A stretch of DNA of 64,000 nt, from the NCBI GenBank assembly GCA_009840735.1, contig VXNF01000083.1:10040-74039 (forward strand). Reading direction: 5' to 3'. The notes beneath the pieces were generated by a model. The model was not told where the DNA came from, searched no databases, and worked only from the letters and a program-made list of their open reading frames with translations. The position numbers and the translations under genes are program-made. This DNA is from Acidimicrobiia bacterium (lineage in GTDB: Bacteria > Actinomycetota > Acidimicrobiia > Acidimicrobiales > CATQHL01). Each line of letters begins with the position of its first letter. Within the stretch, counting starts at the first letter, position 1. Positions 39,125 to 48,412 of this stretch are shown here, piece after piece.

Positions 39125-40405
39125 CTACCAAGCACGGCGTTGCTCGCCCGCGGCGATCAGTGTTCGGTGCGGCGGTTGCCAGAGGGCGCTGATGGGGAGA
39201 GCCCAGATGCTGCCGTCGATCCGGTAGGGGATTTGCCCGCTGTACAGCACCGCGCCGTAGTGGAAGTCCCCGCCGAGGCGGTCGCGCAGCCACATGAGGT
39301 GCCGGGCGTCGTCCCGACTGACGCTTGTGGCCGACTTGACCTCGATACCGACGACACGGCCGCGGCGCTCGAGCAGGAAATCAATCTCGCGCCCGTCACG
39401 GTTGCGGTAGTGGAACAGGCCGGTTGCGGCGGAGGCGGTCTCGATGTGGGCCAGCAGTTCAGCGGCGACGAAAGTCTCGAAGAGCTGTCCGATCAGGATG
39501 CCGTCGCGTGTCAGGGTCTCGGCGTCGGCGTTAAGCAGATGGGTGGCGAGACCGGGGTCGGTGAGGTGGAGGCGCGGCGAGCGCGTGAGCCGGCGGATCC
39601 GGTTGCTGTGCCATGCAGGGACAAGTACGACGATCGAGAGGTCCTCCAGCAGCCGAACGTGGCTGTCGGCCGTCGCGCGGGCAACCTCCGCGTCTCGTGC
39701 CACTGCTTCCTTGTTGAGTTCCCGGCCAGTGCGGGCCGCGCACGAGCGCAATACGCCGCGTAGCAGTCGTGCTCTCGGGTGGCCGCCAGTGATCTGAGGG
39801 GCGTCTCGTTCGGCCAGTTGCTCGGCGTAGGCATCGAACCAGCGGGACAGGTTGCGACCCGAGTGCCGCAATGCCGCAGGGAAGCGCCCCGCCACGATCC
39901 GGTCGATGTAACTGGCGCGGCTCACCTGCGAGGTGGCGAAGGCGGGCGCCGTGGCGGCGAACAAGGTGTCGATGGGGTTGTAGGCATTGTTGTGCGCCAG
40001 TTCGGACTGGGTGAGGCCGTACATCCGGACCCGGATCAGCCGCCCCGTGCCCGGCCAGGTCTGGCTGCTGAAAGTCGCGCGGGCCGATCCGGTCACGATG
40101 AACCGCCCCGGTGCGCGCGCCCGGTCGGCGTCGACCGCCCGTTTCACGGCCGCGAGGATCTCCGGTGCCTCCTGCCACTCGTCGATCACGACAGTCCCCG
40201 AGGTGGCGGCGAGCACCCCGTCTGGATCGTCCCGCGCCGCTTGCCTCGGGCCTGGCTCCGAGAGGTCGATTACTGTGTCGACGAGCCGCCCGGCGGTTGT
40301 TGACTTCCCAACGCCGCGCGGTCCGACTAGGAAGACCGCCGGGAAGTTGGGGAGCAGTTCTTCGGCAACCAGCCTCTCGACGATTCTCGGGTACAGGTCG
40401 GCCAC
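39125..40405 (-). CDS. AAA+ ATPase with DUF4143 C-terminal domain (COG1373-like)
   Basis: The Walker A is LVGPRGVGKST and the Walker B is VVIDEWQ. The C-terminal segment REIDFLLERRGRVVGIEVK is a restriction-endonuclease-like fold typical of DUF4143. Confidence 0.85.
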   Translation of the reverse strand: MADLYPRIVERLVAEELLPNFPAVFLVGPRGVGKSTTAGRLVDTVIDLSEPGPRQAARDDPDGVLAATSGTVVIDEWQEAPEILAAVKRAVDADRARAPGRFIVTGSARATFSSQTWPGTGRLIRVRMYGLTQSELAHNNAYNPIDTLFAATAPAFATSQVSRASYIDRIVAGRFPAALRHSGRNLSRWFDAYAEQLAERDAPQITGGHPRARLLRGVLRSCAARTGRELNKEAVARDAEVARATADSHVRLLEDLSIVVLVPAWHSNRIRRLTRSPRLHLTDPGLATHLLNADAETLTRDGILIGQLFETFVAAELLAHIETASAATGLFHYRNRDGREIDFLLERRGRVVGIEVKSATSVSRDDARHLMWLRDRLGGDFHYGAVLYSGQIPYRIDGSIWALPISALWQPPHRTLIAAGEQRRAW

Positions 40406-40526
40406 GCTCGGGAGCCTACATCAGCCCTGTTGAATTAGGCGATTTGCCGAAAGATTATTATGCGACTTGTCGAAGAGTTATTTGACGAATTGATGGATCG
40501 CTGCTGCGCGATCTGCCGAGCGAGAC

Positions 40527-41606
40527 TCAGTGTTCGGTGCGGTTGTGGGCACGGCGGCGGGCGTGGCGGTCGAGGGCCAAGCGGAGCAGCTCGGCGATGA
40601 GAGTGGGGCCGTCGAGGCCGGAGACGGCCCAGAGACGGGGGTACATGGAGATGGGGGTAAACCCCGGCATCGTGTTGATTTCGCTGACGAGGAGACGCCT
40701 GTCCGGCGATGCGGCCTCGTCGTAGAGGAAGTCGACTCGGGCGAGGCCTTCGACGCCCAGCGCCCGGGCGGCGGCGACAGCGAGGCTCTGCGCCTCCTCG
40801 CTGACCGCGACGGGCAGGTCGGCGGGGGCGTGCAGTTCAGCTGTGCCGTTGAGGTACTTGTCGGCGTAGTCGTAGAACTCGCCGCCAGGCACGATCTCGC
40901 CGGGCGCAGACGCCCGCAGGTTCTCGTTGCCCAGCACTGCCACCTCGATTTCTCGTCCGGGCACGTACTCCTCGACGATCAGCCGGTCGTCGTAGCTCGC
41001 GGCCCGCATGAGCGCCGCGGCCACCTGCTCCGCGCCCGCCGCCTTGGAGATGCCGATCGAGGAGCCCAGGTTGGCCGGCTTCACGAAGACCGGACTGCCC
41101 AGGTCGGTGAGGAGTGCGGCTGGGGTCTCGGCGGTCACGTCGCCGCTGCGGAGTTCGATGTGGAGCGCTGTCGGCATCCCGGCGGCCTCAAGCAGGCGCT
41201 TGGCCACCGGCTTGTCCATGCACGCGGCGCTGGCCAGCACGCCCGGCCCCACATAGGGCACCCCGGCCATCTCGCAGAGCCCTTGCACCGTGCCGTCCTC
41301 GCCGAAGGGGCCGTGCAGGACGGGGAACACCACCAGCCGCTCGTTGGCTCTCGGTTCGAGCACCCGGTCCAACGACACCGCTGGGAGGTCGTCGCCGAGG
41401 GCGGGCAGGGCGTCTTTGTCGGCCTCGTGCTCCAAAACATCAGCGGGCGGCCGCACCCAGCGCCCCTCGCGGGTGATGCCCACGAGGTCCACCTCGACGC
41501 TCCCGGCGCGGGCGCACTGCGCCACGTAGCTGCCCGAGAGCCGCGAGACCTCGTGTTCGGCTGATCTGCCGCCGTACAGTACGACCAGCCGGATGCGCTC
41601 GGTCAC
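40527..41606 (-). CDS. ddl: D-alanine--D-alanine ligase
   Basis: The GTG at 41606 gives VTERIRLVVLYGGRSAEHEVS. The motifs VLHGPFGEDGTVQGL, FVKPANLGSSIGISK and EINTMPGFT are present. The 706-aa track ORF is an upstream over-extension. Confidence 0.9.
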   Translation of the reverse strand: MTERIRLVVLYGGRSAEHEVSRLSGSYVAQCARAGSVEVDLVGITREGRWVRPPADVLEHEADKDALPALGDDLPAVSLDRVLEPRANERLVVFPVLHGPFGEDGTVQGLCEMAGVPYVGPGVLASAACMDKPVAKRLLEAAGMPTALHIELRSGDVTAETPAALLTDLGSPVFVKPANLGSSIGISKAAGAEQVAAALMRAASYDDRLIVEEYVPGREIEVAVLGNENLRASAPGEIVPGGEFYDYADKYLNGTAELHAPADLPVAVSEEAQSLAVAAARALGVEGLARVDFLYDEAASPDRRLLVSEINTMPGFTPISMYPRLWAVSGLDGPTLIAELLRLALDRHARRRAHNRTEH

Positions 41607-41801
41607 ATGCGCCACGCTACCGGTGGCGCTGACGGGCTCGATGAAACCGACAGCCGCGTGGGCCGCTGGCGGGATCCCGAGCCGGATCCGGCCGGGGGTG
41701 TACGTTCGATCCGGTGGCCGGTCATGCTGCGCGGCGCTGGCGGCGCCGGCGAATCGAGGAGTCGGCAGCGGTCGCCTCCGTCGGGGGACCCCGGTAGCAC
41801 C

Positions 41802-43145
41802 GTGAGATTCGCGCTCTCGGAGGTGGCGACCCTCCTCGGTGGGGAGCTGATCGGGGCGGACGTGGAAGTGGCCGGGGCGTCGGTGGACTCCCGGACCTTG
41901 CGACCGGGGGAGCTTTTCGTTCCGCTCGTGGCCGAGCGTGACGGCCATGACTTCCTCGCCGCGGCGGCGGCGGCCGGGGCCGCCGGCTGTCTGGTGCAGC
42001 GGGACCGCTTGGGGGCACTGGGGGCGCTCGCGTCGCCGCTGGTCGTGGTGGAGGACACGGCGGCGGCTCTGGCGCAACTCGGCGCCGCGGCGCGGGACCG
42101 CTTCGCCGGGAACGTGGCGGGCGTCACCGGCTCGGTCGGCAAGACGTCGACTAAGGACCTGCTGGCCTCGGCGCTGAGCGTCGCTGGGCCGGTGTGTGCC
42201 AGCCCGGCTTCGTTCAACAACAGCATCGGCGTCCCGCTCACGCTGCTGGGAGCCTCGGGCACCGAGCGGGCGCTGGTCGCTGAGATCGGCACGAGCGCGC
42301 CCGGCGAGATCGCCGACCTGGCGGCGCTCGCCCGACCCGACACGGCGGTGGTCACCGCGGTGAGCGCCGCCCACACTGAGGCCTTCGGAACCCTCGAAGC
42401 GGTCGCACGCGAGAAGTCCGACCTCATAGCCGCCCTGCCGGCGACGGGCACCGCCGTTCTCAACGCCGAGGACCAGCGGGTGGCGGCCATGGCGGCGCTC
42501 ACGGAGGCGCGGGTGGTCAGCTACGGGTTCGGCGCCGGCGACGTGCGCGCCGCTGAGCCCGCCCTGGACGGCGCGCTCCGGCCCTCCTTCGTGATGGTGA
42601 CGCCGTGGGGTCGGGCACCGGTGCGCCTGCGCGCCGCGGGCCTGCACAACGCGCGCAACGCTCTAGCGGCGGCGGCGGCGGCCCTGGCCCTCGGCGTGGG
42701 CCTCGAGGGCGTGGCCGCTGGCCTGGGCCGTGCCGAGTTGTCCCCGTGGCGGATGGCGGTCGGCACGAGCGCCACCGGTGCGCTGATCATCAACGACGCC
42801 TACAACGCCAATCCCGCCTCGGTGGCCGCGGCGCTCCACGCCCTGGCGGCCGCGCCGGCGCGCCGGCGCGTGGCGGTGCTGGGCACGATGGCCGAGCTGG
42901 GCGAGCGCCACGCCGCCGAGCATGCCGCCGTGGCGGAGCTGGCTGCCGCGCTGGACATCGAGCTCCTCGCGGTGGATGAGGCGGCCTACGGCGCTCCGCC
43001 GCTGGACGGTTCCGCCGCGGCGCTCGCAGCGCTCGGGCCGTTGCGGGAGGGAGACGCCGTGCTCGTCAAAGCCAGCCGCGTCGCCGGCCTCGAACGCCTG
43101 GCGCTCGCGCTCCTGGACGAATCCGGGGGCACCCGACCCTCATGA
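41802..43145 (+). CDS. murF: UDP-N-acetylmuramoyl-tripeptide--D-alanyl-D-alanine ligase
   Basis: The GTG at 41802 gives VRFALSEVATLLGGEL. The motifs DSRTLRPGELFVPL, GVTGSVGKTSTKD and DAYNANP are present. Confidence 0.85.
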   Translation: MRFALSEVATLLGGELIGADVEVAGASVDSRTLRPGELFVPLVAERDGHDFLAAAAAAGAAGCLVQRDRLGALGALASPLVVVEDTAAALAQLGAAARDRFAGNVAGVTGSVGKTSTKDLLASALSVAGPVCASPASFNNSIGVPLTLLGASGTERALVAEIGTSAPGEIADLAALARPDTAVVTAVSAAHTEAFGTLEAVAREKSDLIAALPATGTAVLNAEDQRVAAMAALTEARVVSYGFGAGDVRAAEPALDGALRPSFVMVTPWGRAPVRLRAAGLHNARNALAAAAAALALGVGLEGVAAGLGRAELSPWRMAVGTSATGALIINDAYNANPASVAAALHALAAAPARRRVAVLGTMAELGERHAAEHAAVAELAAALDIELLAVDEAAYGAPPLDGSAAALAALGPLREGDAVLVKASRVAGLERLALALLDESGGTRPS

Positions 43146-43161
43146 TCCCTAGACTCGTCTG

Positions 43162-44211
43162 ATGGCCGCGGCGGCGTTTGAGCACATCCCCATCGTGGAC
43201 GTGGGGGGCTTGACGAACGGAGATCGACCGTCGCCGGAGCTGGCCGAGGAGTTGTGTAGTGTCGGCCACGAGGTCGGATTCATGCTCGTCGTGGGCCACG
43301 GGGTACCCGAGCGGCTGCACGATGCGACCTACGACATGATGCGGCGCTTCTTCAGCCTCCCCGTCGAGCAGAAGAGGCTGATCGACAAGCGCGCCTCTCG
43401 GCACTTCCGGGGCTGGGAGCCGGTCGGCACCGAATACACCAACAATCGCCCCGACATCCGCGAGCAGATTGACTGCTGGAGCGAGTGGCCCGCCTCAGCC
43501 CCCGACGCCGAGCCCGAGTATCTGCGCCTGCTGGGTCCCAACCAGTGGCTCCCCGATGACGTCTTGGCCGGTCACGAGGCGCTGAGCAACGAATGGTCCG
43601 GACAGTTGGGTGTGCTGGCCGGTCGCCTGCTCGCAGCGATGTGGCAAGGTCTGGGGCTGCCCGCGGCGGATTTGGAGCGGTTCATCGGCGACCGCCCCAT
43701 GTCGCTCACCAAGTTCATCCACTATCCGGCCACTCCGCCCGGCGGCGCTGGAGTGAACGCCCACCATGACACCGGGTTCCTCACGGTCCTATCGCCGGGC
43801 TCCAGCCCCGGCCTGCAGGTGCAGAACCAGGCTGGCGACTGGATCGATGTGCCGTTGCTGCCGGGGTCCTTCGTCGTGAACTTGGGCGAGAGCCTGCAGG
43901 CCATGACCGGCAACTACCTCGTCGCCACTCCGCATCGAGTCATGTCCTCGACCGAGCGCTACTCCACGGCCCATTTCTACGGGCCGTCGCTGGAGGCACC
44001 GCTGGCGCCGCTGCCGCTCGAGGGGCGCTTCGTCGCAGCGGTGGCGGCGAGTCCGCACCACGCCGATGCCGGGTTCATGGCCCGCAAGGAGGAGACCGAC
44101 GCCGGCGTCGGCGACATGGCGAGCGACTACCGGCCCGCCACCTACGGCGAGCAGCTCTGGAACTACTTCGCCCGCAGCTACCCCGAGATCGTCGCCCACC
44201 ACTACGGCTGA
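43162..44211 (+). CDS. 2OG-Fe(II) oxygenase (isopenicillin-N-synthase-like family)
   Basis: The product has a HYP...GVNAHHDTGFLTVL (HxD) motif and a distal ATPHRV His/Arg motif. The N-terminal DIOX_N-like segment is IPIVDVGGL. Confidence 0.8.
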   Translation: MAAAAFEHIPIVDVGGLTNGDRPSPELAEELCSVGHEVGFMLVVGHGVPERLHDATYDMMRRFFSLPVEQKRLIDKRASRHFRGWEPVGTEYTNNRPDIREQIDCWSEWPASAPDAEPEYLRLLGPNQWLPDDVLAGHEALSNEWSGQLGVLAGRLLAAMWQGLGLPAADLERFIGDRPMSLTKFIHYPATPPGGAGVNAHHDTGFLTVLSPGSSPGLQVQNQAGDWIDVPLLPGSFVVNLGESLQAMTGNYLVATPHRVMSSTERYSTAHFYGPSLEAPLAPLPLEGRFVAAVAASPHHADAGFMARKEETDAGVGDMASDYRPATYGEQLWNYFARSYPEIVAHHYG

Positions 44212-44300
44212 GGCTCAGTCGGGTCGGGTACGCGGCTGTGCGCTCGACGCCAAGACGGTGCCACGGCACGGGCTCGGTGCGGCCCATGCCCCGCGCGCCG

Positions 44301-44306
44301 TAGAAT
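44301..44306 (+). promoter_or_regulatory. Candidate -10 box (TAGAAT) for the tRNA gene
   Basis: TAGAAT lies 12 nt upstream of the mature tRNA 5' end. I see no convincing -35 element. Confidence 0.3.
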
Positions 44307-44318
44307 CCTGCATCCCCC

Positions 44319-44392
44319 GGACCGTTAGCTCAGACTGGTAGAGCGCTCGCTTCACACGCGAGAGGTCACTGGTTCAAGTCCAGTACGGTCCA
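44319..44392 (+). tRNA. tRNA-Val (anticodon CAC)
   Basis: A hand-folded cloverleaf fits well: acceptor GGACCGT/ACGGTCC, D-stem GCTC/GAGC, anticodon stem CTCGC/GCGAG with loop TTCACAC, and T-arm ACTGG-TTCAAGT-CCAGT. The discriminator is A. CCA is not encoded. Confidence 0.9.
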
Positions 44393-44743
44393 CTCCGCCA
44401 AGGCACGGTGCCGAAGGCCACGCTGCGGGCACAAGTTCGGGTAGCGGCCCGACGGGCCGGCAGCGAGCCCCGTCGCAGCGGGCGGCTCTGTCCCGGGGCC
44501 GCTGGACCGGCCACCTGCGAGGATGAACGGGCCAATAGACCGCAGCTAGCGTTGCCACGAGGGACGCGAAAGCGATGACGATGTCCTACACCGGTGACGA
44601 GATCCGGAGCTGGCTGCTTCAACCAGGCGACGAGGAGTTTCATCTGGTGGATGCCTTGGTAGCCGAGTCCTCGGTACGGGTGGCGGCGATCTTTGGGCGA
44701 TCTTCGCTGATCGAGTACCGCCCCGCTTGAGCCGTCGCCGTCG

Positions 44744-45526
44744 TCAGGCTGTCGGCTTCCTGTCCAGGAAGTCCTCCACGGCGTCGGCGAAGGCGCCTGG
44801 GTGCTCCAGCGGGGGACAGTGCCCGCAGCCCTCCAGCGTGATGAACTCGGCGTCGGGAAGGCCGGCGGCGAGTTCGGCGCCCATCTCCGGCGGGGTGGTG
44901 GTGTCGGCGCCGCCGGCGATCACGAGCGTCGGGTTGGCGATGGCACCGAGGTGGGGGCGCAGGTCCATGTCGCGCAGCGCCCGGCAGGAGGCGGCGAACG
45001 ACCCCGGATCGATCTCGAGGAGCACGGCGCGGCGCTCCTCGGCAGCGGAGGGGTGCGCCTCCAGGTACTCCTCGGCGAAGATCCGCTGCACCGCGATGTC
45101 CACCACGGCACCCATTCCCGAGCCGCTCACCAGGTCGCTCATGGTCGTGAAGGCGGCGCGGCGCGCGGGGGAGAAAGCGGCGCCCCCGTTCGCCACGATC
45201 AGGGGGCCGAAGCTGTCGCCGCAGGTTGCGGCGAATGCCACGCAGACGAAGCTTCCGAAGCCGTTGCCCAGCACGGCCACCTCGTTGCCGGTGACGCCCG
45301 CCGCCTCGAGCGCCTCGGCCAGCGTACCGGCGATGTCGAACAGCGTCGGAGACGGGTCGGGGATCGGTTCGGAGCCGCCGAAGCCGGGCAACCAGACCCG
45401 GTGCAGCTCGAAGCGGGCCGCCAGCCGCGGCGCCACCGGGTCGAAGGCCCGGGCATCGGTGAGCAGCGAGTGGAGCAGCACCAGAGCAGGCCCCGAGCCT
45501 TGGCGGTCGATCCGGATGCGTGTCAC
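44744..45526 (-). CDS. Alpha/beta hydrolase (3-oxoadipate enol-lactonase-like)
   Basis: The N-terminal PALVLLHSLLTD segment, the nucleophile elbow VLGNGFGSF and the C-terminal GCGHCPPLEHP are present. The product is 260 aa. Confidence 0.8.
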   Translation of the reverse strand: MTRIRIDRQGSGPALVLLHSLLTDARAFDPVAPRLAARFELHRVWLPGFGGSEPIPDPSPTLFDIAGTLAEALEAAGVTGNEVAVLGNGFGSFVCVAFAATCGDSFGPLIVANGGAAFSPARRAAFTTMSDLVSGSGMGAVVDIAVQRIFAEEYLEAHPSAAEERRAVLLEIDPGSFAASCRALRDMDLRPHLGAIANPTLVIAGGADTTTPPEMGAELAAGLPDAEFITLEGCGHCPPLEHPGAFADAVEDFLDRKPTA

Positions 45527-45563
45527 GGCGGGGTTCCCATCGGATGTCGGTATCCCGCCGGGC

Positions 45564-46562
45564 TCAGCCGACGGGCATCAGCACCTTAAGCGAGTCGGGA
45601 CTCTGCACACGCTCGAAGGCGCGGTCGACCTCCGCTAGGCCGATGCGGTCGGTGACGACCGGTTCGAGGTCCAGCACCCCTGCGGCGGCCAGTTCGATGG
45701 CGCGGGCGTAGTCGTCGGCGATGGCCGCCCGCGGGTTGTGGACGGTCAGCTCCTTGAAATACAGCTGGTAATAGGGGAGACCGCCGCCGCTGCCGGTCAC
45801 CGTCCCGAACACCAGGACCTCACCGCCGACGCGGGCCGACTCGATGGCGAGGCCGACCGTGGCCTCGGTCCCGACCGCCTCGACCGCCAAGTCCACGCCC
45901 GCACCGTCGGTGACCTCGGCAATCACCGCGGCGGCTTCGTCGGGCGCGGCCGTCGCCACCGCCCCGAAGGCCGTCGCCAACTCTCGCTTGAAGGCCGAGC
46001 GGGTCACGCCGATGACCGACGCACCCGCGGCCCGCAGCAGCTGGGTGAAGATGAGTCCGCTCACGCCCAGCCCGATGACGACGGCGACATCGCCGGGGAA
46101 GGTCGCGGCGGCACGCTGGGCGTGTACGCAGGTGCCGGCCACCTGCACCATCGCCGCCGCCTGGGACCCCAGGTGCTCCGGCACCGGGAGAAGCCGGCCG
46201 GCCGGGGCGGTCACCAGCTCTGCCCAGACCCCGTCTGCGTCCCGCCCCAGCAGCCCGCCGCGCAGGCACAGGTTCGTCCGGCCCTGTCGGCAGAGCGGGC
46301 ACGAGCCGCAGGAGACAGCCGGATCGATCATCACCCGCTGGCCGGCGGGCACACCCGTGGCGCCGCCGCAGACCACCTCACCGACCATCTCGTGTCCCAT
46401 AACCCGCGGATAGCTGATCGAAATGGCGCCGGAGAGGATCTTCACGTCGGTGCCGCAGATGCCCACGGTCTCGACCCGCACGAGCGCCTCGGGCCCGCTG
46501 GCGGGGGCAGCGACGTCGGCGTAGGCCATCCGGCCCGGAGCGGTAACCTGTACGGCCTTCAT
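45564..46562 (-). CDS. Zinc-dependent alcohol/polyol dehydrogenase (MDR family)
   Basis: The ATG at 46562, preceded by a GGGGAGGG Shine-Dalgarno sequence, gives MKAVQVTAPG. The motifs GICGTDVKIL, GHEMVGEV, CGSCPLCRQG and the Rossmann segment VIGLGVSGL are present. The 695-aa track ORF is over-extended. Confidence 0.85.
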   Translation of the reverse strand: MKAVQVTAPGRMAYADVAAPASGPEALVRVETVGICGTDVKILSGAISISYPRVMGHEMVGEVVCGGATGVPAGQRVMIDPAVSCGSCPLCRQGRTNLCLRGGLLGRDADGVWAELVTAPAGRLLPVPEHLGSQAAAMVQVAGTCVHAQRAAATFPGDVAVVIGLGVSGLIFTQLLRAAGASVIGVTRSAFKRELATAFGAVATAAPDEAAAVIAEVTDGAGVDLAVEAVGTEATVGLAIESARVGGEVLVFGTVTGSGGGLPYYQLYFKELTVHNPRAAIADDYARAIELAAAGVLDLEPVVTDRIGLAEVDRAFERVQSPDSLKVLMPVG

Positions 46563-46706
46563 ACCCTCCCCCGATTTGGCTGAGAGCGCCTCGGCAATGG
46601 ACAGTAACAGTGTGCCCCCGAGTCGCCCCTTGCGCCACGGTGACCGGTGTGCCGCAACCGCCGCTGCCGGTCCGCCGACTCGCTGCCCGCAGGAAGGTGC
46701 GCCGCG

Positions 46707-47327
46707 GTGAGCGGCCACGCCTGGGTGGTCGCGGGTGGTGAGCCGCCCGGGCGCCGCCTGCTGGGGGAGTTGGCGCCTCCGAAACTCATCGTGGCGGCCG
46801 ACTCCGGTGCCGATGTCGCTCTTGGGCTCGGGCTGAGGGTCGACGTGGTCGTGGGCGACTTCGACTCGGCAACGCCCGCAGCGGCAGCCGCGGCCGGCGA
46901 GCGGCGTCGATTCCCGACCGACAAGGACGCCACCGACCTGGCTCTGGCGTTGGCCGAGGCACGCGACCGCGGTGCCGCGAGCATCACCTTGGTGGGCGGC
47001 GCCGGCGGGCGGTTGGACCACCTGCTGGCGAACGTGGCGGCCATCACGGCCGAGGAGTTGGCCGAGGTCCGCATCGACGCCGCCATGGGTTCGGCCCGTC
47101 TCTGGGTGGTGCGCCGCGCTGAGACGCTCCGCGGCGCCGTGGGCGACCTCGTGACCTTGCTGGCCCACGGCGGTCCCGCCACCGGCGTGGGGACCTCCGG
47201 GCTGCGCTGGGCCTTGGCGGGCGAAACGCTGGAGGCGGGCTCCAGCCGGGGCGTCAGCAACGTCTTCGAAGCACGGGAGGCAACCGTGACCCTCGAGTCG
47301 GGCGTAATCCTGGCGATCCGACCCTGA
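46707..47327 (+). CDS. Thiamine diphosphokinase
   Basis: The product contains ADSGAD...VVGDFDS, KDATDLALAL and GGAGGRLDHLLAN motifs. I chose the GTG at 46707 (GGAAGG upstream). The GTG at 46647 is an alternative start. Confidence 0.75.
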   Translation: MSGHAWVVAGGEPPGRRLLGELAPPKLIVAADSGADVALGLGLRVDVVVGDFDSATPAAAAAAGERRRFPTDKDATDLALALAEARDRGAASITLVGGAGGRLDHLLANVAAITAEELAEVRIDAAMGSARLWVVRRAETLRGAVGDLVTLLAHGGPATGVGTSGLRWALAGETLEAGSSRGVSNVFEAREATVTLESGVILAIRP

Positions 47328-47474
47328 TCTGGTCGGCTGCTCGCGCCGGCGGGTCTGGTACCCGCGGCCGTTGGCCGTGGGATTCGTGACTGCGCTATCC
47401 GCGGCCACGCGCCGCCGGCGTGGCCACTGCCAGCGTCGCTGGCGTATCGTGGTGCGACAGCATCGGGAGGCGCC

Positions 47475-48353
47475 ATGGCACTGACCCAGACCCAGATCGA
47501 GGCCTACGAGCGAGACGGCTACCTGGTCGTCCAGGACGCGCTCACAGCCAGCGAGGTGGCCGAGCTGCAGGACGCGGCCGACCGCTTCGCACAGCAGGCG
47601 CTGAACCTCACCGAGGACTCCGACGTCATCGAGTTGGACGACGCGCCGCACCTAGCGGGCGGGCCGCCGCTGATTCGGCGCATTCGGAGCCCCCACACCA
47701 ACCATGAGGCCTTCGCTGAGGCATTGGCGCATCCTGGGCTGTTGGACATCGTGGAGGATCTCATCGGAGGCGCCATCCGCTGGATGCACTCCAAGCTGAA
47801 CGCCAAGCAGCCCGGCGGCGGCGGGATCGGCGAGTGGCACACCGACTGGGGCTACTACCCGCACACCAACGACTCGGTCCTCGAGGTCGGCATCGCCCTC
47901 GATCCGTGTACCGAGGCCAGCGGCTGCATGCTGGTGGTGCCCGGCAGTCACCGCGGGCGGGCGTATGACCACAGCCAGAACGGCCGCTTCGTCGGGGGCG
48001 TGCGCCCCGGCGTGTTCGACCCCGCTGACGTGGCGCCCGTGGAGCTGCAGCCCGGGGACATCTCGCTGCACCACGTCCGGCTGTTGCACGGCTCGGGCCA
48101 GAACCGCACGGACCGCCAGCGGAGGCTGCTGCTGCACGGCTACTCCGCCGTCGACGCTTGGCCGCTCATGGGCCGCAGCCAGCCCTCGGACTGGCCGGAA
48201 TGGGACGCCCAAATCCTGCGCGGCAGCCCGACAACTGAGGCCCGCCTCGAGTCCTGCCCGGTGGTGGTCCCGTTGCCCGACCCGCCCGCCTTCGGGCTGT
48301 TCAAGCTGCAGGCCACGATGGAGGAGTCGCACTTCGCCGAGACGGCCTCTTAG
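47475..48353 (+). CDS. Phytanoyl-CoA dioxygenase (PhyH) family Fe(II)/2OG oxygenase
   Basis: The N-terminal segment is YERDGYLVVQDAL. A WHTDWGY (HxD) motif and a distal HHVRLLHGSGQN His are present. Confidence 0.85.
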   Translation: MALTQTQIEAYERDGYLVVQDALTASEVAELQDAADRFAQQALNLTEDSDVIELDDAPHLAGGPPLIRRIRSPHTNHEAFAEALAHPGLLDIVEDLIGGAIRWMHSKLNAKQPGGGGIGEWHTDWGYYPHTNDSVLEVGIALDPCTEASGCMLVVPGSHRGRAYDHSQNGRFVGGVRPGVFDPADVAPVELQPGDISLHHVRLLHGSGQNRTDRQRRLLLHGYSAVDAWPLMGRSQPSDWPEWDAQILRGSPTTEARLESCPVVVPLPDPPAFGLFKLQATMEESHFAETAS

Positions 48354-48412
48354 GGCTGACGCCCGCCAGCGAGTTTCTCGTTGGGCCTGACCGATCCCCG
48401 GCGGACAGGCAG

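Noticed and set aside
44374-44643. An 89-aa minus-strand ORF (and 44352-44558) overlapping the tRNA-Val gene.
   Set aside because: It overlaps a well-folded tRNA and encodes Arg/Pro-rich low-complexity sequence.
44575-44730. A 51-codon plus-strand ORF (MTMSYTGDEIRSWLLQPGDEEFHLVDALVAESSVRVAAIFGRSSLIEYRPA) in the 350-nt gap after the tRNA.
   Set aside because: The composition is protein-like, but the Shine-Dalgarno sequence is weak and I recognise no family. The evidence is not enough to call it a gene, though it deserves a homology check.
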